From: Acidimicrobiia bacterium | GTDB lineage: Bacteria; Actinomycetota; Acidimicrobiia; Spongiisociales; SHLN01 | Reading direction: 5' to 3' | Length of the DNA stretch: 64,000 nt | Assembly: GCA_041609995.1 (NCBI GenBank) | Contig: JBFIPU010000001.1 | Span: forward strand, 8,305 to 72,304 | Shown: positions 57,337-64,000 of the stretch, in pieces | Layout: each line of letters starts with the position of its first letter | Position numbering within the stretch: position 1 is the stretch's first letter | Position numbers and translations under genes: made by a program | The notes under the pieces: model-generated | What the model was told of the DNA's origin: nothing | What the model saw: the letters and a program-made list of their open reading frames with translations, nothing else | Database searches by the model: none

Positions 57337-58706
57337 AGGCCGTCATCTTTGGTGGAGGCAACATCGGCCGCGGCCTCGTCGCTCCGGTGCTCCAGCGAGC
57401 GGGCTATGAGATCACAGTCGTGGACGCCGACGAGGGCCTGATCCAGCGCTTGGCGGAGCAACAGAAATTCGAGGTCGTTCACACCGCCGGCGACCGTGAG
57501 ACGGTGGCAATCCACCGGGCTGTCCGTGCCCAGGATGAGGAGGCGGTGGTGGCGGCGGTGGCCGAGGCCGACCTGGTGGCGACCGCCGTCGGTGGGTCGA
57601 TCCTGCCGATCCTGGCGGCGCCCATCCGGGCCGGCCTCAATCGAAACTCTCGCGAAACGGTCAATGTGATCGCATGCGAGAACACGCACCCCAATTCTGC
57701 GCTACTCGAGTCGCTGGTCGGTCGAGGGAACCTCACCCGTGACCGCGTCGGGTTCCCAGAGGTCGTCGTCGACCGGATCGTGGTGCCCGCCGAAGGGCTG
57801 AATGTGTCGGTCGAGCCGACCTTTGAGTTTTTCGTCGACGGTCGCGAGTGGCAAGGGAGCAACCCGCCAGAGGGCATTCAGCTCGTCGACGACATCGACG
57901 CCTACCTCACAAGGAAGCTCTGGCTGGTGAATGGCCTGCACGCAGTCGTCGCCTACCAGGGGCTGCCACGCGGCTTCCAGTTCATCCATGATGCCATCGC
58001 CGACGCGTCGATCGCCGCCGACGTGGGCACGATCGCGGCCAACATGGTGACGATATTGGCGCAGCGCCATCCCCAGATGTCGCAACAACATCTGGACGCA
58101 ACGGCGGCGGCGTCTCTTCACCGCTTCGCCGACGCCTCGATCGCCGATCCCTTGACCCGGGTGGCCCGCAACCCGCTGGCCAAGCTCGGGGCCGGCGAGC
58201 GGATCCTCGGTCCCGCGATCGCCGCCGCCGAAGAAGGCCTGCCCATCGAGCCGCATGCCCGCAGCATTGCCGCCGCCTTGACCGTCAATCGCTCTGCCAC
58301 CGTTGAAGGGGCCGAGCTCTTGGACCAAGCAATCCAATCGAAAGGATGGATGAAACTCATGGAAGAGAACGGAGTCGCCGCCAACAGCCCGCTGATGGCC
58401 GCCACCGCCGAGGCGATGGAGTCGACCGAAGATACCGGAGGAAGCCTCACGGAAACCATCACGATCCGAAACCCCTCCGGCCTCCACGCCCGGCCGGCAT
58501 CGATCATTGTCGAGCACGTCAAGTCGACCGGCGCCTCGGTCACCATCCAGAAGGGCGACAAGACCGCCAACGCAGGCAGCATTCTTAGCGTGCTCACCCT
58601 GGGCGCCTCGACCGGCGACGAGGTCACCGTGACGAGTGAAGGCGAGGGGGCGGCCGACGCGATGACGTTCATTCGCGACACACTCCTGTCGGAGGAAGCC
58701 GAATGA
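57333..58706 (+). CDS. mtlD: mannitol-1-phosphate 5-dehydrogenase fused to a C-terminal HPr domain
   Basis: FGGGNIGRG, TAVG, IACEN, VDRIV, RKLWLVNGLHA, RVARNPLAKL; then in frame ITIRNPSGLHARPAS...ANAGSILSVLTLG (HPr). Confidence 0.9.
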   Translation: MKAVIFGGGNIGRGLVAPVLQRAGYEITVVDADEGLIQRLAEQQKFEVVHTAGDRETVAIHRAVRAQDEEAVVAAVAEADLVATAVGGSILPILAAPIRAGLNRNSRETVNVIACENTHPNSALLESLVGRGNLTRDRVGFPEVVVDRIVVPAEGLNVSVEPTFEFFVDGREWQGSNPPEGIQLVDDIDAYLTRKLWLVNGLHAVVAYQGLPRGFQFIHDAIADASIAADVGTIAANMVTILAQRHPQMSQQHLDATAAASLHRFADASIADPLTRVARNPLAKLGAGERILGPAIAAAEEGLPIEPHARSIAAALTVNRSATVEGAELLDQAIQSKGWMKLMEENGVAANSPLMAATAEAMESTEDTGGSLTETITIRNPSGLHARPASIIVEHVKSTGASVTIQKGDKTANAGSILSVLTLGASTGDEVTVTSEGEGAADAMTFIRDTLLSEEAE

Positions 58707-59005
58707 GCCGCCTCGATCAGGCCGGACTCCTGGAGGCGGCCAAGCAGATATTCCAGGCGGAAGCAGACGGGACCGGCGCAGCCGATCTGGTCTCGGAGCA
58801 GGGATCGATCGTCGTCGAAGCCGATCCCAAGAAGTTCAAGGATGCCTTCAAGCGTCTGAAGAAGGTCGAGGGCTACCGGTGGATCGTGATCAACCGCGAC
58901 GATCTCTTCCTGGCCAACTCGCTCTCCATCGGAAGCAAGGCGGGGATCATGGGAGCAGACGGCAAGGTTCTCAAGGCCGCCGATAAGCCACGCAAACGCC
59001 TGTAA
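58703..59005 (+). CDS. hypothetical protein (100 aa)
   Basis: RBS GGAGG, ATGA overlap with mtlD-HPr, strong GC3 codon bias. Confidence 0.8.
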   Translation: MSRLDQAGLLEAAKQIFQAEADGTGAADLVSEQGSIVVEADPKKFKDAFKRLKKVEGYRWIVINRDDLFLANSLSIGSKAGIMGADGKVLKAADKPRKRL

Positions 59006-59020
59006 TCCGGATCGAAACGC

Positions 59021-61453
59021 ATTAAATCTGAAGCTCGGGTTGCTGTTGTTGGCGGCGGGGTTGCGGGGCTGTCGGCTTTGTATCACCTCACCTTGGAGGG
59101 GTGGAACGATGTGGTGTTGCTCGAACGGAACGAACTGACGTCGGGAACGACATGGCATTCGGCTGCTCAGGCTCCTGCGATCGCTTTCAATCAGCTGTTG
59201 CTGTTGATGCGGGACTACACGATCAAGCTGTACGACGAGCTCGCGAACGACCCCGAGTACCCGATCAACTACCACCGCAACATCGGCGGTCTGCGCTTGA
59301 TCACCGATCAGAAGCAGCTCGACGGCTGCCATCACATCCTCTCGGTGGCCAAAGGCCTCGGGTTGGACTTCGAACTGGTCGACCCATCGGAGGTCGGCAA
59401 GCGCAATCCCTTGGTCCGCGAGCATGATCTGCTCGCGGCATTGTGGGACGGCAGGGATGGCGACGTCGACCCGGCCCAGCTGTGTCAGGCCATGGCCCGT
59501 CGCTGCCGTGCTGCGGGAGCGGAAATCTACCGCCATACGCCCGCCACCGGATTCGAACAGAAGCCGGGAGGGGAGTGGATCGTCGAAACCGAGAAGGGCT
59601 CGATCACTGCCGAGCACGTGGTGATCGCGGCCGGTAATCGGGCCAATGAAGTGGGTGCGATGCTCGGCATCGAGTATCCGGTGATCTCGATGGAGCACAT
59701 GTACTTCATCACCGAAGACATTCCCGAACTCGTTGGCCGCGTAGAGGATCGGGTGGCGATCGTGCGATGCCCTCGCGACACGTTCTACATGCGCCAGGAG
59801 GGCGCCGGCCTGCTGGTCGGAATCTACGAGTGGGACTGCAAGACGTTCGGGATGGACGGTATCGACCCGAACTTCGTCAACGCCTTGTGCCCACCGGACC
59901 TCGACCGGCTGCTCCCGAAGCTCGAACCGATCATGGAGCGGGTTCCGGTACTGGCGGATGTGGGAATCCGCTCGGTCGTCAACGGACCGATCGCGTATTC
60001 CGCCGACGCCGGACCATTGGTGGGCAAGCAGCCGGGCTTCCGGAACTTGTGGTCGATGAACGGCATCCGAGTGGGCATCGGCGAGGGCGGCGGGTACGGC
60101 AAGATGCTCGCCCAGATGATCGTGCACGGCGAGACCGAGTGGGACTGCTGGCAGCTCGACCCTCGTCGCCTCACCGACCATGCGAACACCGAGTACACCG
60201 CGGCGAAGTCGATCGAGGATTACCAGTTGGAGTTTGTCTGGCATCTGCCCCACGAACATCGCCCCGCCGGACGTCCCGCGAAGACGAGTCCTATATATCC
60301 GGTTCTAGCGCAGAAGGGCGCCGAGTTCGAGGTCATCAATGGCTGGGAACGAACCAGCTTTTACAAGCCGGACTCCGATTTCGTCGAAGAACACACCTAC
60401 GCCTTCGCGAATACCCACGACGTGGTGGCAGCCGAGATCGCGAGCCTCCGTGACGGTGTCGGTCTCGCCGAGCTGTCGGGATTCAACCACTACAACATCA
60501 CCGGCACAGACGTGATCGGCTGGCTCAACAGCGTGTCGTGCTCACGAGTCTCGTCGACCGTCGGTCGAGCGAGCCTGTGCTACTTCCTCACGCCGTCCGG
60601 CAATATCGCCAGCGAGGCAACGGTGGTTCCATTGTCGGACGGAAGTGTCTTCTGGGGGTCCGGTGCAGCGGCCGAGTTCTACGACCGCGACTGGCTTCAA
60701 GAGCATCTTCCCGCCGGCTCCGACACTCGAATCGAGAGCCGAACCAACACGCACACGTTGCTGCTGCTCGCCGGTCCTCGTGCCCGTGATCTGATGACCG
60801 CCGTGTCTCCCCGCAGCCAGTGGACCCAGAACGACCTGCCCTGGCTTCGGGCCCGCCGCTGCTACATCGGCCACGTCGAAGCCCTCGCCATCGCCGTCAG
60901 CTTCTCAGGCGAACAAGCGGTAGAGCTGCACATCCCGAATACACAGTTGTACGCTGCGTACCAGACGCTGATTGGGGCCGGTGAAGCGTTCGGCCTGACC
61001 CACTTCGGCATGTACGCCATCGACTCCATGCGGATGGAGAAGGGCTACGGCCATTGGAAGGCCGACTTCATCACCGAGTTCAACCCCTACGAAGCAGGCC
61101 TCGAACGCTTCGTCGATCTGTCCAAGGACTTCCCCGGCAAGCCCGGACTCGAAGCTCAGATTGCTGACGGAAACCGACGCCAGCGCGTCGTCCTCGAGAT
61201 CGACAGCACTGATGCCCCGGCCCAGCCAGGCGAGGGCGTGTTCGCCGGCGACGAACCCGCCGGTGTGATCACATCGGGAGCCTGGGGCCACCGAGTCGGC
61301 AAGAATCTCGCAATGGCCTATGTCCACCCCGACCACGCGCAGGAACAGACCGAACTGACCGTCTGGCTTCTCGGCCGACCCGTAGGTGCAGCCGTCACGA
61401 CCCTGTGTGCTTTCGACCCCGACAACACCGTACCCCGGGGTGTTGAGGCGTGA
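59021..61453 (+). CDS. GcvT-family FAD-dependent oxidoreductase (dimethylglycine dehydrogenase-like), apparent ATT start
   Basis: In-frame IKSEARVAVVGGGVAG lies upstream of the ORF-track TTG (59078); SGTTWHSAA, SFSGE, SMRMEKGY motifs. Confidence 0.88.
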   Translation: MKSEARVAVVGGGVAGLSALYHLTLEGWNDVVLLERNELTSGTTWHSAAQAPAIAFNQLLLLMRDYTIKLYDELANDPEYPINYHRNIGGLRLITDQKQLDGCHHILSVAKGLGLDFELVDPSEVGKRNPLVREHDLLAALWDGRDGDVDPAQLCQAMARRCRAAGAEIYRHTPATGFEQKPGGEWIVETEKGSITAEHVVIAAGNRANEVGAMLGIEYPVISMEHMYFITEDIPELVGRVEDRVAIVRCPRDTFYMRQEGAGLLVGIYEWDCKTFGMDGIDPNFVNALCPPDLDRLLPKLEPIMERVPVLADVGIRSVVNGPIAYSADAGPLVGKQPGFRNLWSMNGIRVGIGEGGGYGKMLAQMIVHGETEWDCWQLDPRRLTDHANTEYTAAKSIEDYQLEFVWHLPHEHRPAGRPAKTSPIYPVLAQKGAEFEVINGWERTSFYKPDSDFVEEHTYAFANTHDVVAAEIASLRDGVGLAELSGFNHYNITGTDVIGWLNSVSCSRVSSTVGRASLCYFLTPSGNIASEATVVPLSDGSVFWGSGAAAEFYDRDWLQEHLPAGSDTRIESRTNTHTLLLLAGPRARDLMTAVSPRSQWTQNDLPWLRARRCYIGHVEALAIAVSFSGEQAVELHIPNTQLYAAYQTLIGAGEAFGLTHFGMYAIDSMRMEKGYGHWKADFITEFNPYEAGLERFVDLSKDFPGKPGLEAQIADGNRRQRVVLEIDSTDAPAQPGEGVFAGDEPAGVITSGAWGHRVGKNLAMAYVHPDHAQEQTELTVWLLGRPVGAAVTTLCAFDPDNTVPRGVEA

Positions 61454-61621
61454 GTCCGGCTGCTAGTTCGTCGATGAATGAGACGAGCAGTGACTATCGC
61501 CTATGTCCAGCGGGCTCAGCGACCGCTCAATGGGTCCGATGGCAAGGTCCGTCAACGGGTAGGCGAACTCGCTCGACGTAGGTCGTGAGACCGAGGCTAC
61601 CAACCGGATAGGCTGGCCGCC

Positions 61622-61963
61622 GTGGCCATCTCCATCAAGCGCGTCTGGGATCCCAGGGAGCCATCGGACGGATCCCGATGGCTGGTCAGCCGGCGCTGGC
61701 CTCCCGGCGTTCGATCGGACTCACTGGCGATGGTCGGGTGGATCCGGGAGCTGGCGCCCGACCGCAAGCTCGAAAAGCTGATGCGCCGCTCCTGGCAGGA
61801 GTTCGAGGCGCAGTATCGGGAGCAATTGCCTTCTCTGGAACGCCATTGGGAGCCGATCGTGCGCCAGGCGCGGTTGGGACGAGTCACACTGCTCTACACC
61901 ACCAAGGACCGTGAGCACAACCACGCCCGCGTCCTGGCCGGCTTCCTCAACAAACAGATCTGA
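61622..61963 (+). CDS. DUF488 (YeaO-like) protein
   Basis: IKRVWD...DGSRWLVSRRWPPG...LAP...VTLLY...HNHARVL. Confidence 0.88.
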   Translation: MAISIKRVWDPREPSDGSRWLVSRRWPPGVRSDSLAMVGWIRELAPDRKLEKLMRRSWQEFEAQYREQLPSLERHWEPIVRQARLGRVTLLYTTKDREHNHARVLAGFLNKQI

Positions 61964-61978
61964 CAAGGGAGAACACCC

Positions 61979-62740
61979 ATGACGCTCGACAGCAGCTCGG
62001 CCATCGTGACCGGAGGCGCCTCCGGATTGGGAGAGGCCACCGCCCGGCTGCTTTCGCAGCACGGGGCAGCGGTGGTTGTCGTCGATACCCAGGAAGTAAA
62101 GGCCGACACCGTGGCGGCCGACATCGGGGGACGGGCGGTCCCGGCAGATGTCACCAGCGATGAAGGTATCCAACAGGCCGTACGGGTCGCCACGGAGATG
62201 GCCCCCCTGCGGTCGTTGGTCAACTGTGCCGGCATCGGATGGGCGCAGCGAACCATCGGCCGCGACGGCATTCCTCACGGCCTCGACACCTTCCAGAAAG
62301 TCATTGCGGTCAACCTCGTCGGCACCTTCAACAGCATTCGACTGGCTGCCCAGGCGATGTCAGAGAACGAACCGGACGCACAGGGTGAGCGGGGCGCCAT
62401 CGTCAACACGGCCTCGGTGGCAGCCATCGACGGCCAGATCGGCCAGGCGGCCTATTCCGCCTCCAAAGGAGGCGTGGTCGGTATGACGCTCCCGGTGGCC
62501 AGAGACCTCGCCGCCGTCGGCATCCGGGTCTCGACCATCGCCCCTGGTTTGATCGACACTCCCCTGTTCGACTCCCTGCCGGACGAAGCCAAAACCGCAC
62601 TCGGCCAGTCGGTGCTGTTCCCCCGCCGTCTGGGCCAGCCGTCCGAATACGCCGAGCTGGCTTTGTTCCTGCTGACCCACCCGTACATGAACGCAGAGAT
62701 CATCCGGATGGACGGTGGCATCCGGATGCCCCCCAAGTAG
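61979..62740 (+). CDS. SDR 3-hydroxyacyl-CoA dehydrogenase type II-like (HSD10 family)
   Basis: [41 protein letters not shown] motifs. Confidence 0.92.
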   Translation: MTLDSSSAIVTGGASGLGEATARLLSQHGAAVVVVDTQEVKADTVAADIGGRAVPADVTSDEGIQQAVRVATEMAPLRSLVNCAGIGWAQRTIGRDGIPHGLDTFQKVIAVNLVGTFNSIRLAAQAMSENEPDAQGERGAIVNTASVAAIDGQIGQAAYSASKGGVVGMTLPVARDLAAVGIRVSTIAPGLIDTPLFDSLPDEAKTALGQSVLFPRRLGQPSEYAELALFLLTHPYMNAEIIRMDGGIRMPPK

Positions 62741-63610
62741 ATGGACGCGTCCCAACCCGCGTCGGCCGACCAGGCCGACGTCGACGCCCTGGTCGCCAGC
62801 CTCGATCTGGAGGAGATCGACCTGAACCTCTACCGAGGCCACCCGACCTACTGGGAGCGGGTCCGGCTGTTCGGGGGGATCGTGGCAGCCCAGGCGTTGT
62901 CGGCTGCCTACAAGACGATCGACAGAATCGAGGTGCACTCGCTCCACTCCTACTTCCTGCTGCCAGGCAACCCCGGTCTGCCCGTCATCTACGACGTGGA
63001 TCGAATACGGGACGGACGGTCGTTTGCCACCAGGCGGATCGTGGCCCGGCAGCGGGGTGAGGCGATCTTCAATCTGGCCGCGTCGTTCCATCGCCCAGAG
63101 GACGGCTTCGATCACCAGCAGCGCATGCCGGAGACCGCCGGCCCGCTGGAGTTCCCTTCGGCCGAGGACTTCGGGCTGACCCCCCGCGATTTCTTTCCGC
63201 ACAACTGGGATACACGGGGCATCCCGATCGAACTGCGCCACGACCGGGCGCCGAGCGAATGGCAGCCGGGGGCGCTGGAGCGACAGATGTGGTTTCGTAT
63301 CAACGGAGCGCTCCCGGATCAGCCCAGGGTCCACAACATCCTGTTGACGTACCTCAGCGACCTCGCATTGATGGGCACCGCCGTGCGCACCCACGCCCCC
63401 AGTTTCGAAGAGATCATGGGAGCGAGCCTCGATCACGCCATGTGGTTCCACCGGCCGGTGCTCGCCAACGAGTGGCTCCTCTACGACATGCGATCGCCGT
63501 CGGCGTCGGGTGCGAGAGGCTTCAACATCGGGCACATCTACACCGAATCCGGAACTCTGGTCGCATCGACCGCCCAGGAGGGGTTGATGCGGCCGCGCCG
63601 CCGGACCTGA
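62741..63610 (+). CDS. tesB: acyl-CoA thioesterase II
   Basis: LFGGIVAAQ, HSLHSYFL, RDGRSF, YLSD, ASLDHAMWFH, AQEG motifs. Confidence 0.94.
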   Translation: MDASQPASADQADVDALVASLDLEEIDLNLYRGHPTYWERVRLFGGIVAAQALSAAYKTIDRIEVHSLHSYFLLPGNPGLPVIYDVDRIRDGRSFATRRIVARQRGEAIFNLAASFHRPEDGFDHQQRMPETAGPLEFPSAEDFGLTPRDFFPHNWDTRGIPIELRHDRAPSEWQPGALERQMWFRINGALPDQPRVHNILLTYLSDLALMGTAVRTHAPSFEEIMGASLDHAMWFHRPVLANEWLLYDMRSPSASGARGFNIGHIYTESGTLVASTAQEGLMRPRRRT

Positions 63611-63664
63611 GCGCGGATGGAGGCGCCTCGTTCGGCGCTAGGGTGGGTTGACAACTGAAGACAC

Positions 63665-63930
63665 GCTGATTTGAGCTGTTGCGAGAGAGAGCCAGCCCAG
63701 AATCCGCCACGCGAGAGCGTGGCGCCAGACCGTGACAGGAGACCGGGACGGTCGGGGTTGGACGCCGAAGGGGCAAGGGCACCGCTGATCCAGGCCGTGA
63801 CCCGAAACTCTCCGGCAAAAGGATCACAGCGGCGACAGCACTCTGGAGAGCGGACCATCCGCACCGAAGGGGCAATCTCTCAGGTGATCTCCCCGGTGGC
63901 AGGACCACCGGGTCGGATCGAGGACAGGGC
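63665..63930 (+). ncRNA. tandem glycine riboswitch
   Basis: Aptamer 1: GAGAG...CGCCGAAGGGGCAA...AAACTCTCCGGCAAAAGGA. Aptamer 2: ACTCTGGAGAG...CACCGAAGGGGCAATCTCTCAGG...GACAG. Leader GCTG can pair with linker CAGC. Confidence 0.9.
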
Positions 63931-63969
63931 AAACGGATAGGAAGCCGGCCGGCCCTATCCGTTTTTCTT
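63931..63969 (+). terminator. intrinsic terminator-like hairpin after the glycine riboswitch
   Basis: AAACGGATAGG...CCTATCCGTTT stem followed by TTCTT; lies just before an ORF starting near 63971 that runs off the window. Confidence 0.6.
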
Positions 63970-64000
63970 GATGGCAGATGGGAAGAACATGTCCGAAACG

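Noticed and set aside
61454-61608. Intergenic stretch after the third GcvT gene as a possible ncRNA or IS remnant
   Set aside because: No terminal inverted repeats, convincing structure or recognisable motif.

Overview
GC-rich bacterial chromosomal window, most consistent with an Actinomycetota genome, possibly Acidimicrobiia. This is an inference from pervasive TANNNT-leaderless starts, GlnR-type boxes, an F420/LLM enzyme and DUF6457-MobA. It holds about 65 tightly packed CDSs; I found no rRNA, tRNA, CRISPR array or recognisable mobile element. Main contents: (i) a LacI-controlled catabolic operon of unknown substrate (tandem SnoaL/ester cyclase, bicupin, alpha/beta hydrolase, ABC solute-binding lipoprotein) with visible promoter and operators; (ii) housekeeping and glycogen genes (pheA, glgB, hisS, mobA, glgA, GH13, proC, amt-glnK); (iii) an ECF sigma/anti-sigma pair divergent from a secreted protein and a cytochrome c, with mirror-image promoters; (iv) a TPP riboswitch-thiBPQ operon; (v) three GcvT/dimethylglycine-dehydrogenase-family flavoenzymes, one coupled to a non-pyrrolysine MttB methyltransferase and one apparently starting at ATT; (vi) a self-contained mannitol-type PTS locus with an MtlD-HPr fusion; (vii) a tandem glycine riboswitch at the right edge. 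The strongest hidden signal is an AhpD/CMD-family selenoprotein (50357-50944) that the ORF track splits at an in-frame UGA (CxxU), followed by a bacterial SECIS-like hairpin. A 58-aa DivIVA-domain microprotein missed by the ORF track is also present. All family assignments come from motif recognition by eye; no database searches were run.
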